A stretch of DNA of 57,774 bases, filler included, from Candidatus Desantisbacteria bacterium CG1_02_49_89 (lineage in GTDB: Bacteria; Desantisbacteria; UBA1551): assembly GCA_001871075.1 (NCBI GenBank). It is 4 parts of 4 records of this genome, joined end to end, with 100 filler letters (N's around TTAATTAATTAA, not from the genome) between each part and the next. Parts side by side here need not be neighbours in the genome. Positions count along the whole stretch, not along the records: positions 15,944 to 31,483 come from MNUP01000030.1; positions 31,584 to 45,898 come from MNUP01000073.1; 2 more parts are not named here. One strand, written 5' to 3'. The notes beneath the pieces were generated by a model. That model was not told where the DNA came from. It saw only the letters and a list, made by a program, of their open reading frames with translations, and did no database searches. Positions 26,501 to 34,987 of the stretch are shown here, in pieces (the first letter of the stretch is position 1; each line of letters starts with the position of its first letter). The position numbers and the translations under genes are program-made.

Positions 26501-27621
26501 CCTGTTCCATCCATTCCGGGAAGGCTGTCCCTGAACACCGCGATGCTCCCGTTCTTCCCTTTTTCCACGTCAGGTTTCCCTCCGGGCATACCGCTCATCT
26601 CCTTTCCGGTTATCGGTATCGGCTCTGAAAACTGTATGGGCGCGAGCGGTTGCTGCCAGTCCTGCCCGAGCCAGGCGGCGATCACCACCTGCCCGGTTGA
26701 AAGGACCGGAGCAGTAAAAGAAAAAGTCGCCTTTCCTTTTCCTTTAACTTCCGGCGACTCTGATTTCAGAACGTTGTTGGACATATCCTTCATTTCGCAG
26801 TTCAGCCTTGCTTTTCCGGCTGAGGAAGGAATGCTGTATTCCACTGTTGTCATAAATTCCTTTCCTTCCACCACCTCGCCTGGCAGGTCTGCGATGGCGC
26901 AGGTTGCTTCCTTGCCGGGAGGCTCCCCGGATTCCTTAACTTCGGATTTCGAAAAAATCTCTAATTTTGACACTGATTCGACACTGATCTTACTGGTTTC
27001 TTCAGACTTGGAAGCTTCCTTCTTTTCTTCCTTCGGCTGGGGCGCTGATCTTTTCTCCACAACAGGGATAGGATCCGAGAATTTTATGGGGGCAACCGGG
27101 TTCTGCCAGTCTGTGCCGGCCCAGCAAGCCATGACTATTGCCTCCATCTGGTCCATTTTCGGCGCTACAAAAGTAAGGGTTTTCTCGCCCTTGCCCTTTA
27201 CCCTCGGGGACTGGGCTTTCAGGACATTGACGCTGTCCTTGTCCTTCATCTCGCACTGCAGGATCTGCTGGCCCGCGTCCTCGGGAATGTCGTATGAAAC
27301 CGTGACCTCGAACTTCTCGCCTTCGCCCACCTCGGACGGCAGCTTTGTGAATTCACAGGAAGCGTCTTCAGCCCAGCAAACCGTAGAAAGTGCCCACCCT
27401 GCGCAAAGGCAGGGCGAGGTCTCGCCCCGATATTGATCGGGGCGGATAAGGTGTAAGGTGTAAGGCAGGCAGAAACTAAAAGTTAAAACCAAAGGAATCA
27501 CCACGGAGGCACGGAGTCCCCTACAGCTCCGGAATAAAATCGGAGCTAAACGCAGGGACCTTCGGGTCAGAACGGAGTTAATGACCCTACGGCACGGAGA
27601 AAACACAGGTCTTTTCTTCAA
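23554..27621 (-). CDS. Large secreted clan-A glycoside hydrolase, paralog of 19066-23022, with a repeat-expanded N-terminus
   Basis: GSNY, GINTFR.F, LGYDIQNEP, DFISHHVY and FGEFG motifs; two copies of the N-terminal domain. Start placed at the TTG 5 nt after GAGG (uncertain). Confidence 0.75.
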   Translation of the reverse strand: MKKRPVFSPCRRVINSVLTRRSLRLAPILFRSCRGLRASVVIPLVLTFSFCLPYTLHLIRPDQYRGETSPCLCAGWALSTVCWAEDASCEFTKLPSEVGEGEKFEVTVSYDIPEDAGQQILQCEMKDKDSVNVLKAQSPRVKGKGEKTLTFVAPKMDQMEAIVMACWAGTDWQNPVAPIKFSDPIPVVEKRSAPQPKEEKKEASKSEETSKISVESVSKLEIFSKSEVKESGEPPGKEATCAIADLPGEVVEGKEFMTTVEYSIPSSAGKARLNCEMKDMSNNVLKSESPEVKGKGKATFSFTAPVLSTGQVVIAAWLGQDWQQPLAPIQFSEPIPITGKEMSGMPGGKPDVEKGKNGSIAVFRDSLPGMDGTGIADAVVTGLRGSGFGVTVLDSEKIRNSSILNIENFDCLVIAGGADYFPASASASLLRFLTRGGDLVTLGGYAFKELVWNFNGKWMTKSQIEETISSVQPQNMLFDFEDEPSGWRRATNDVSTPGSLEADKGYKGKGAKIFIPGLTGWDNWSAGIDGSISEGQDLVCFWAKGSQRTKQIAVEIGERDGSRWIATVNMGTEWKHYCLLPEAFAYWKDNTSKGRGGKGDAVKLENASIISIGLAYSHTSVEGGQHEIWIDEVGIAKNPYPKMDLTARMKVPVFNDAYSAYVINDVAKAEINSAQALLESGLNLAGVTGGDFAIAYPNQTGGRYVPLINAYDKYGRYKGAIASMLVNYSKAMKNSVIACFGIKDPGFYKDPSFIPALSKIIGAMKNGLFLGSISPGRLTYEPGKEALFSARVCNLGSAAKQANAEISVVKDGKTVFSKAFEIGLEPGKNQAVECGWVTPMDAGSYMLRVVLRESGKGVSDIAEHMFDVAPMPPVQQGFMKVSADKKHLVYPDGKRFFCIGSNYHGWFDRCWNEWKEYFDPVKMELDFRKAHEAGINTFRLFLYKLADDIMKDDFHKIDIMLTFARRYDIHLLVHLARYGQMEKSQECIRKLCAHLKDEPMVLGYDIQNEPWLPAIIAEKYPAGIKLPITDIQDGVNKFGIYVGENLGEWTTFPKLKDNKVPMLDDEVVKAGDESFRIWIKLNKDAIREVDKNHLVTVGFNTPFSAFPCASELDFISHHVYVRPFSYDSVIQNITTFDRIAAVWPEKPVSFGEFGYSNGIMMGSRYLDFYSSAVGEMIHYLYPLSRGYEGSYKWMLNDNPNAWRGDDNFYEERFGFFYYDGTPFGHRKPIAHATQFLSEYINRAGPTGTMETAQAQNMIGTGYVFKGDKALFIGNTEYKSDGLQFKGGKPANVMLDWGSGKLKIMSTCDLQVKISPSKFLSTLKSGSKITGRNAGSKKDGDLLILDLLEGEAVTIQ
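27393..27446 (-). repeat. Double-hairpin element family A (54 nt, in-frame in a signal peptide)
   Basis: TCCGCCCCGAT-CAAT-ATCGGGGCGAGACCTCGCCCTGC-CTTTGC-GCAGGGTGGG; absent at the same site in the paralog. Confidence 0.92.
27518..27592 (-). repeat. Double-hairpin element family B, copy 3 (75 nt, in-frame)
   Basis: CCGTA-GGGTCA/TGACCC-GAAGG-TCCCTG-N5-AGCTCC/GGAGCT-GTAGGGG. Confidence 0.88.
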
Positions 27622-27839
27622 AGTTACCTCACAAAAATTACTTTTTAAACTACTTTTGCAACCACGAATTAGCACGGATTTCCACGAATTTCAAGCTTGT
27701 AAGCTTTGTAAACTACACTTGAAACCAAAGGTGAACACGGGTTAGATACATCAGGGCTGAAGCCCTGAGTTACAGTAAATTCCTTGCTGTTGATTCATAA
27801 CTCATAATTGATTTTGCCCGCTATGGTCTATGGACTGCG

Positions 27840-30251
27840 CTACTCCCACTTCACCACCCTGCCTTCCTTCACCCATTGCAGGCGCATCGCGGCGTCGCCG
27901 TTACCTGGATCCACCCTCAGCACGGATTCGTAATACGTAGCGGCTTCAGGAAGCTTGCCCAGCCTGTAGTAGATATTACCGATATTAAGGTCCGCTGCGG
28001 GATAATAGGGGCTCAAGAACTCATCAAGATACTTTTTTGTAGACTGCCTGGCTACCGTGGCGCACCTGAAAGCCCACAGTGCTTTTTCCCATTCCTTCTT
28101 CGCGGAATAGCAAACGCCCAGCATGAAAAAACCCACGTCGTTGGACCAGTCATACTTTACAGTCGTCTCGAACTCCTTAAGAGCCTCGTCGATCCTGCCC
28201 AAGTTGTAATACGTGATACCGAAATTATAATGAATCTGGGTGTAATGGGGGCAGAGGCGTTCTATCGACCTGTAGGTTGTCAGCGCCTCGTTCCACATTT
28301 TTTTCTGGGCGTAAATGTAGGCGAGTTTGTACGGGACTTCAATATTGGTAGGCTCGTATTTAAGGGCTTTGTTGTAAGTCTGGATGGACATATCCCATTC
28401 CTGAGGCGCGTCCCTGCGAAGATTGCCATTCCTAAGGTTTATATCGGCAAGGAAAGGATAGATCACCTGTACGCAAAGGAAAATGAGCAGAACAACCGAG
28501 CCGATATAAGCAAGCACCCTGATCTCAGGGCTCAGCAGTTTCTTCTTCTCCTGCGCAGCCCTCTGCTGCGGCTGGGGCGGCGCCTGGGGTTTCGCCTTCT
28601 GTTTCTGCTGCTCCTGGGGTTTATTCTTCATCTGCGCCGCAACAGGCGTTATTCCGTTCAGGTCAGTGCGGTCAGGCAGCCTTGAAACAACGATACCCAA
28701 GGCAAGCGTAAGCCAGAAGAACGGGGCGCAGGAGGTCCATCGCAGGTTGACGCTTCCCAAATTCTCAAAAAGTATCGCGAAAACACCGGTCATCAGCCCG
28801 AAAAGAAGGTTCTGTTTCCACCGGTCAGGGGTATGCAGGGGGCCTGATCTTTTCATAAAAAAGACCCACGCGATCCACAGAAATAATATAATGCCTACCG
28901 CGCCCTGTTCTGAGAGTATCTCAAAATATTCGCCGTGCGCGTGCTCTGTGTTGTGGCTGACGGTCTTGAACCTGTAGAAAGGAGGCCTGTGAGGGGGGAA
29001 CGCCTGCCTGTATGTGCCCAGGCCCTGGCCGAAGACCCAGGTGAACGGCCTTTCAAGGAACATTCTCCAGGCGCCTGTCCATATCAGCACACGCACGCCC
29101 GCTGTCCCTAATATTTTACTGCGGTAGATATGCGCCTTTGACAGAAGCTCGCGGTTGCCGCCGTCCTCGAGCCACTCCGGAGGCGGGTATTGCGGAAACG
29201 GTTTCACGTATGTTATGAACTCGGGTGCTTCCTTAATCAGATCGACACCGAATGTAAGCGTGGTTACCATCCTGTCACGGAGAGGGCGCAGAGGTTTGGC
29301 TGTGAAAAAGATCAAGACGCCTACGCAAAGCGCCGCAAGAGCTATCAAGGACGCCCGGATAACGGTCTTGTTCTTCAGGACATTCTTGAACCCCGTTACA
29401 TAAACCTTAAGGAAAACAAGGTAAACAAACGCGAGGGGTATTGCAGCTAACCCGCCGCGCGTTAACGTATAGAACAGCCCCATGAGCTGAAGGACGGTGA
29501 GGATCACGTAAGAAACACGGTTGATGGTGGATTTTGTGGCGAATATAAGCCCGGCCCCTATCGGTATCGTGACGCAGAGGTACCCGCTGTAGAAATCCGG
29601 GTTCCCGAGGCTCGCGGGTATGCGCGCCTGCGAGGCCCAGGACACAAAATCATACCCGAAATGCTGGAATATGCCGTATACGGCAATGATCGCCGAAGTT
29701 ATCATCAGCGTAGTTATTATGCGCCAGACCTGCGTCCTTTCCTTAATATTGTTTATTATTATGAAGAAAATAAGGAAGTAGGTTACGAACCTGTAAAGCT
29801 CCTCGAGGGAAACGTATTTATACTGCGATGTTACAAAAGTGACCACGCACCAGATCCAGAATGCCATAATGGGAATGTTGATGGGGGCCTTTGCCAGGCT
29901 GAAAGAACCCTCCTCGATGATCTTCAGGAACCACATTATCGCGATAGTGAAAACTATTATCTGCGTGAATACGGTCTTGATGAAAATCGCATCGTTCGCG
30001 CGGGTATCAAGCTGCCAGGGCACTATGGCGACCAGCAGAAGTATCCCGGTCTCTATCACTCTTTCATAAAACAGAGCGAGCCTTGCCTTGGGGTTTACGC
30101 GCGTTTTGCTGCTTCCCAGAAAATCCACAAGCAGCGGGATGACGAAAAGGAACGAAAGCAGGATCACCTCTATTTTGGTAGATGGACGCCAGCTGCATAT
30201 CCACGTAAGAACGTAAATTATAGGCAGAACAAGCCACCAGACGAGATTCAT
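27840..30251 (-). CDS. O-antigen ligase / O-oligosaccharyltransferase-family membrane protein with C-terminal TPRs
   Basis: About 13 TM segments; SLGNPD, T.TRGG, R..IW..A..M, G.G.GTY and HAH.EY..I..E.G motifs; TPR tail. Confidence 0.88.
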   Translation of the reverse strand: MNLVWWLVLPIIYVLTWICSWRPSTKIEVILLSFLFVIPLLVDFLGSSKTRVNPKARLALFYERVIETGILLLVAIVPWQLDTRANDAIFIKTVFTQIIVFTIAIMWFLKIIEEGSFSLAKAPINIPIMAFWIWCVVTFVTSQYKYVSLEELYRFVTYFLIFFIIINNIKERTQVWRIITTLMITSAIIAVYGIFQHFGYDFVSWASQARIPASLGNPDFYSGYLCVTIPIGAGLIFATKSTINRVSYVILTVLQLMGLFYTLTRGGLAAIPLAFVYLVFLKVYVTGFKNVLKNKTVIRASLIALAALCVGVLIFFTAKPLRPLRDRMVTTLTFGVDLIKEAPEFITYVKPFPQYPPPEWLEDGGNRELLSKAHIYRSKILGTAGVRVLIWTGAWRMFLERPFTWVFGQGLGTYRQAFPPHRPPFYRFKTVSHNTEHAHGEYFEILSEQGAVGIILFLWIAWVFFMKRSGPLHTPDRWKQNLLFGLMTGVFAILFENLGSVNLRWTSCAPFFWLTLALGIVVSRLPDRTDLNGITPVAAQMKNKPQEQQKQKAKPQAPPQPQQRAAQEKKKLLSPEIRVLAYIGSVVLLIFLCVQVIYPFLADINLRNGNLRRDAPQEWDMSIQTYNKALKYEPTNIEVPYKLAYIYAQKKMWNEALTTYRSIERLCPHYTQIHYNFGITYYNLGRIDEALKEFETTVKYDWSNDVGFFMLGVCYSAKKEWEKALWAFRCATVARQSTKKYLDEFLSPYYPAADLNIGNIYYRLGKLPEAATYYESVLRVDPGNGDAAMRLQWVKEGRVVKWE

Positions 30252-30497
30252 TTTTTCTCCTTTATCCGTCGTACGTCGCCCTGGCGGGTCGTACGTCGTA
30301 CGTAAAAACTTGGATTTTTATATACGATTGAAACATCCAACGCATAATGTTATTTAGCTCTTATTACATGTTATAAGCTTATGCGGTATTTATTTCGCAA
30401 TAGTTTTACAGGCAAGGATCTTTAAAAATATCCTTAAGTAGTTGCCATAGGCTATACACTATAAGCCATAAGCAATATTTTCACATTCAGCTTTTAG

Positions 30498-31019
30498 CTA
30501 TTTCGGTTTTTTGGTGCCGAGGAATGTGAACTTCACGGCGTCAGCGATACCGTTGCCGTTCCCGCCTGAGTTCGTGCTGACATACGCCTTATCGCCTTTC
30601 TTGCATTTGAACACGCCCAGGGAATTCCATTTCCCGAAATCTTTTTTAAGGTCAATTACGAATACCTTGGTTTCCTTGTCATTCACAGCCACTATGAAGA
30701 GAGCATTGGTCGCATGGTCATTGTTGGGATCCCCGCAGTACCAGATAGAAACATCATAATAGCCTTCCTTCGGAAGGTTCGGCCTCCACCACGCTATGTC
30801 AGAACCCTTAGGGTTCACCATTGCCCACAGGGAGTCTGTGCCGAAGCCCTGCCCGCCCTGGCCCTCATCGGTCATCCACTGCCCTTTCGTCACAAATCCT
30901 TCTTTGCTGGAATTGTCTATGATAAACTCCGTCACTTCCTTTGCCTTCTCCGCCGCCATTACCGCGATGGAACCGGCAAACAAACAAACCAGCAAACCAA
31001 CCAACAATACTTTTTTCAT
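30498..31019 (-). CDS. Secreted beta-sandwich protein (golvesin C-terminal/CBM-like)
   Basis: Signal peptide; IIDN, W.P.LP..G.YDV..WY, G.W.SLG.F and ADAVKF motifs. Confidence 0.75.
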   Translation of the reverse strand: MKKVLLVGLLVCLFAGSIAVMAAEKAKEVTEFIIDNSSKEGFVTKGQWMTDEGQGGQGFGTDSLWAMVNPKGSDIAWWRPNLPKEGYYDVSIWYCGDPNNDHATNALFIVAVNDKETKVFVIDLKKDFGKWNSLGVFKCKKGDKAYVSTNSGGNGNGIADAVKFTFLGTKKPK

Positions 31020-31062
31020 TGAGCCACCCCCATTAATATATTTTGAATATTTCTTATAGTGT

Positions 31063-31090
31063 ATTATATATATATTTTAAATAATGTCAA
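31063..31090 (-). promoter_or_regulatory. Sigma70-type promoter TTGACA-N16-TATAAT
   Basis: Perfect -35 (31085-31090) and -10 (31063-31068) hexamers about 45 nt upstream of the 31019 start. Confidence 0.8.
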
Positions 31091-31106
31091 GGAAAAAACC
31101 ACACTC

Positions 31107-31441
31107 TGTTCCGCAACATTCAAAAGCGGACATTTGGGAACCTTAAAACCGAACATTAATTAAAGATGGAACTCTCCAATTTTCTGCTCATCCTTTAAAA
31201 CAATAATCTTTCTGTTGGGGATAAGACCCACGGTTACTTCCTGTTCTGGAAATCGTCCTACTTTCCAGGTTCTGCCTTCGAGAGTACCCCCCCCCTCACC
31301 CTACCCCTCTCCCTCGAGGGGAGAGGATAAAGGAGAGGGTGATTATTACCTGATTTTTAAACCAGCCAGCCTAAATAATTTTCCCCCGGCTATGTGACAC
31401 TTTGATTGTTCCCAATGTGACCTTTTGATTATTTCCGCACA
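31107..31441. mobile_element. Internally deleted IS1202/IS481-like element (MITE-like remnant), followed by the start of a second copy at 31459
   Basis: TGT...ACA termini, each with two imperfect internal AAA(N)...ACAT sub-repeats; flanking direct repeat GGAAAAAACCACACT (31091-31105 and 31442-31456); a 41-codon minus-strand ORF tail at 31160-31285. Confidence 0.65.
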
Positions 31442-31483
31442 GGAAAAAACCACACTTGTGTTCCGCAACATTCAAAAGCGGAC

Positions 31484-31583
31484 NNNNNNNNNNNNNNNNN
31501 NNNNNNNNNNNNNNNNNNNNNNNNNNNTTAATTAATTAANNNNNNNNNNNNNNNNNNNNNNNNNNNNNNNNNNNNNNNNNNNN
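31484..31583. other. Artificial contig linker
   Basis: N run with TTAATTAATTAA. Confidence 0.98.
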
Positions 31584-32338
31584 AAAGCTTGAATAGCGCC
31601 AGATTGATTCAAGAGATAAACAGAATCGCCAATTGAGAATGTAGTTTGCTTTGGATTAAGAATTTTCATATCATAGTTGGAAGTCCATCCTTTGCCAAAT
31701 ATTCCAATCGCATCAGATTTACTGTTATAGGTCCTGGCAAGCTTTATATCTGGACCCCTGCCGCGTATTTCAAAATCCTTAACAGAAAAACAGAGGTTTC
31801 CGTTCAAGCTATTTACATTTCTAACCAATCTTTGAATTCCCCTTGCAGGCACACCTAGTGCGCTTGAAGAACTAAAATAGCATATTACTTCTACTGAACT
31901 GCTTAAGTCAATTTGTTGTGTGGTCTCATAAGGGTCACGCCCATTATAACTAACATTTATTTCATATTTACCTGTTCTTGTGGCTGTAAAAGTAGCGGTT
32001 GCTTCTCCCGAAGAATTGGTTCCAATAAAAGCATAATTTACTTTGGTTGGAAGGGGAGTTCCTCCCGCTGAAAGAAAATATCCTCCTTGCGCACTAGAAA
32101 GAAAAGTTAAACAAATACCTCGATATGGGTAACCTGATTTTGTCACTTTGGCTGTTATTGTACACACATCATCATTATAAATTACACTGGGTTTTACATT
32201 TACCACGAGCATATAGGACGCTTCGCTTGTAACTGCAATTAGCGTGAAAGTAAAAATAAAAAATAATACACTTACGAATGTATTTAAACTGAAGGAAGGA
32301 ATTTTCAACAAATAATGTTTTTTGCTATTTACTTTCAT
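31584..32338 (-). CDS. RHS/YD-repeat protein, N-terminal part (signal peptide, Ig-like domain, DUF6531); truncated at gap
   Basis: VNSLNGNL....KD..I.GRG..I.LARTYNS....G.FGKGW matches the DUF6531 pattern; visibly AT-rich. Confidence 0.82.
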
Positions 32339-32389
32339 TGCTTATCCTCATTACAATAATCTTCTGTTTTTTTATTCTCAGTTCAAAAT

Positions 32390-32438
32390 AAAAAAAGGCT
32401 CCAGTCCGCCACCAATGCTTTGGCGGATTCAGCGCCTT
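32390..32438 (-). terminator. Terminator-like hairpin plus T-run in the leader of the RHS gene
   Basis: Minus strand AAGGCGCTGAATCCGCCA...TGGCGGACTGGAGCC followed by 7 T, about 50 nt before the start codon. Confidence 0.5.
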
Positions 32439-32771
32439 GTGTTTGTTCCATAAATCCCGCTATTCTCCCTGACCGAAGCAGTATCCCAATTAGCATATAT
32501 CAGGATCTTCGGACAGCAATAGCCTAATTCTTCTATTCTTTTACTCAAAAACAAAAATCCCCCGGGCGTTTACAATATTAGCCCTGTTTGGCGCTCCTTT
32601 CTTTAAAACAGTTAAAAGTTAAAGGTTGAAAGTTACCCCTCTACTCCGATGTATCGGAGTCCCAGGGGGATCTTCGAAAAGTTGTAGGATTGGAGGAAGA
32701 GTAATCGGCAGAGATTTTAAGGATTAGGAAAATAAGTAAATAGGGAAGTTAAAGAAGTTGGGTATATATGT

Positions 32772-32799
32772 ATTATAATCCGAAATCGTTATTTGTCAA
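32772..32799 (-). promoter_or_regulatory. Sigma70-type promoter TTGACA-N16-TATAAT
   Basis: Minus strand CTTGACAAATAACGATTTCGGATTATAAT. Confidence 0.75.
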
Positions 32800-33117
32800 G
32801 AATAAAGGTGAATTTTATACGCAACAATGTCGGATAAATCCGACCGCTACAAAATCCCCCTTAATTCCTCTTTGAAAAAGGGGGAGATAGGAGGATTTGA
32901 AACGGAGTAGAGCCTTCTAGAGTAGAGCTTTAGGAGTAGACCCTTCAGGGTCGTAAAACAACGGGGCTGAAGCCCCTACTCCTAACACACGCAAACCTCC
33001 TTCCTTGAAGATTGGCAGCTTGCCCGCCGTAGCATCCGCAACCTTTCCGCGAATAGCGGAGAGCTAAGGTTGACGGAGTATCTGCGCAGGCGGGGGTCTT
33101 CGAAAAGGTTTGCCCTA

Positions 33118-33164
33118 TCCGCCCCGATGGACATCGGGGCGAGACCTCGCCCCAAAGGGGCGGG
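33118..33164 (+). repeat. Double-hairpin element family A (47 nt, intergenic)
   Basis: TCCGCCCCGAT-GGAC-ATCGGGGCGAGACCTCGCCCC-AAA-GGGGCGGG; splits the GCCCTA|C end of a REP. Confidence 0.9.
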
Positions 33165-33180
33165 CGATGCACGAGTCTGT

Positions 33181-34194
33181 CTATTCCCAGAACGCCGCGT
33201 ACATCGCGTCCGCGTTCTCTATGGGCACGTCTTTCGCGATCTCTCCCCTTCCGATAAACCCGCCGTTCTTCGCGTCGAATGTTTTTACCACCCTGCGCGT
33301 GTAGTCTCTTACCTCCGCGGGTTTCCCAAAAGGCAGGAAATGCTGCCTGTCTATATCCGAGAGTATCACGAGCCTCTTCCTGGTAAGAGCGGCAAGTTTT
33401 TCAAGGTCCATGCACGAAAACTGGGGGTTGAGGATGTTAAGGCCTATTTCCATGAAATCCGGGATTATTTCCATTATCATTCCATCGCTGTGGAAATGGG
33501 TATACGCGCCGGCCCCTCGCACCATGTCAAACAATTTTTTGTACCTCGGCTTGAAAAAATGTCTCCATTCCCTTGGGTTTATGATCAGCTGGACCTGCGT
33601 GCCCCAGTCATCGCTGTACGCCACGCAGTCCGGCTCAAGCAGGAGGACAAGCCGGGTCCCCCTAAGCATGTAGTCAAGCAGCATGTCCATCAGCTCGTAT
33701 ATCTCCTTCGGCTTTTCCATAAAATCCATCATCAGGTTCTCGTACCCCCGCAGGAACTGCAGGCGCTCGAACAGGTTGCCCAGCCCGTATGGCCCGGCGA
33801 AATAAAAATATTCCTCCTTGTGTTTTTTAACCGCGTCTCTGTTCCTGAGGACGTCTTCCTCTGAGGGAAGCGGGGGGAGTTTCAGGGATTTCAATTTGCC
33901 CCAGTCGCCAAGCGGCACTTTCAGCACCTGGCCGTGCATCCCCTCCTGCTCGTTGCCCCACAGCGTGCCCCAGCCGTCATAATGCTGCCCGTATTTATAT
34001 TCGGGAGGAAGGCTTTCCTTCGGCGGTATCCCGTGGACCGGCGGCCCGAAATCGTGGGGATATTTTTTATTGAACATATCTACAAGCGCCTGGTCGTGCG
34101 CGTAATACGCAGCGGGCAGAGCGCAGTGCATTATCGGTATTCTGTCCGGCGCCTCGAATTTCAGCGCTTTTAGAACCCTTTCCCTGCCTGTCAT
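33181..34194 (-). CDS. UroD/MtaA-CmuA-like protein (paralog 2)
   Basis: MT.RERV..AL....PDR.P, D.WGT.W, LRGYENL, SDDWG.Q and FHSDG motifs. Confidence 0.87.
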   Translation of the reverse strand: MTGRERVLKALKFEAPDRIPIMHCALPAAYYAHDQALVDMFNKKYPHDFGPPVHGIPPKESLPPEYKYGQHYDGWGTLWGNEQEGMHGQVLKVPLGDWGKLKSLKLPPLPSEEDVLRNRDAVKKHKEEYFYFAGPYGLGNLFERLQFLRGYENLMMDFMEKPKEIYELMDMLLDYMLRGTRLVLLLEPDCVAYSDDWGTQVQLIINPREWRHFFKPRYKKLFDMVRGAGAYTHFHSDGMIMEIIPDFMEIGLNILNPQFSCMDLEKLAALTRKRLVILSDIDRQHFLPFGKPAEVRDYTRRVVKTFDAKNGGFIGRGEIAKDVPIENADAMYAAFWE

Positions 34195-34204
34195 TTTGCC
34201 TCCG

Positions 34205-34987
34205 TCACCGCATCTCCTGCCCGCCGGTCACGTTGACCGCCTGCCCGGTCATATAGCTTGACCTGTCGCTTGCGAGGAACAGGGCTACCGAAGCCACGTC
34301 CTCCGGAGTCTGCGCCCTGCCCAGCGGGATCTTTCCCGCGAGATATTCTCTTACTTTCTCCGCGGGCATACCCCTTTTTACGGCGTATTGTTTCTGCAGC
34401 TCGTCCCAGTGGGGCGTAAATACTATTCCCGGGCAGACAGCGTTGACGTTTATTTTATAGGGGGCGAGGTCAAGTGCAAGCGACTGGGTAAGGCCTATAA
34501 CGGCGAATTTTGACGCGCAGTACGCAGCGAACCACGCGTTTGCGCTCTTGCCGGACTTGGAGCTCATATTTATTATTTTCCCGTATCTGCGCTCTATCAT
34601 CCAGGGAGTAAACGCCCTGCAGCACAGGAAAGTCCCCTTAAGGTTCACGCCGATGATCTTGTCCCAGATTTCCTCGGTCGTGTCCGTGAAGGGAAGGATT
34701 TTGGCGATGCCCGCGTTATTCACGAGTATGTCAAGCACAGGTCCGAACTTTTTTTCAACCGCCTGTTTCATTCCCCCGACTTCCCCGGAAATACTTACGT
34801 CCGCCCTGACTGCAAGGGAACGCCTGCCGGTTTTTTCTATCTCGTCCGCGGCTTTACGCGCGGTCTCAAGGCTCACGTCGTTCACGATGACGTCCGCGCC
34901 CTCTTGCGCAAACCTCAGCGCGATGGCTTTCCCTATTCCCTGCCCCGCGCCGGTCACCAGCGCAATCTTATCTTTCAACCTCTGCAT
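34205..34987 (-). CDS. SDR oxidoreductase, sorbitol-6-phosphate dehydrogenase-like
   Basis: TGAGQGIG, NNAG, SSKSGK, YCASKF and YMTGQAVNVTGGQ motifs. Confidence 0.9.
   Translation of the reverse strand: MQRLKDKIALVTGAGQGIGKAIALRFAQEGADVIVNDVSLETARKAADEIEKTGRRSLAVRADVSISGEVGGMKQAVEKKFGPVLDILVNNAGIAKILPFTDTTEEIWDKIIGVNLKGTFLCCRAFTPWMIERRYGKIINMSSKSGKSANAWFAAYCASKFAVIGLTQSLALDLAPYKINVNAVCPGIVFTPHWDELQKQYAVKRGMPAEKVREYLAGKIPLGRAQTPEDVASVALFLASDRSSYMTGQAVNVTGGQEMR

Noticed and set aside
33070-33864. 264-aa plus-strand ORF starting in the repeat cluster
   Set aside because: Antisense to the UroD-like gene; its N-terminus is translated repeat DNA.
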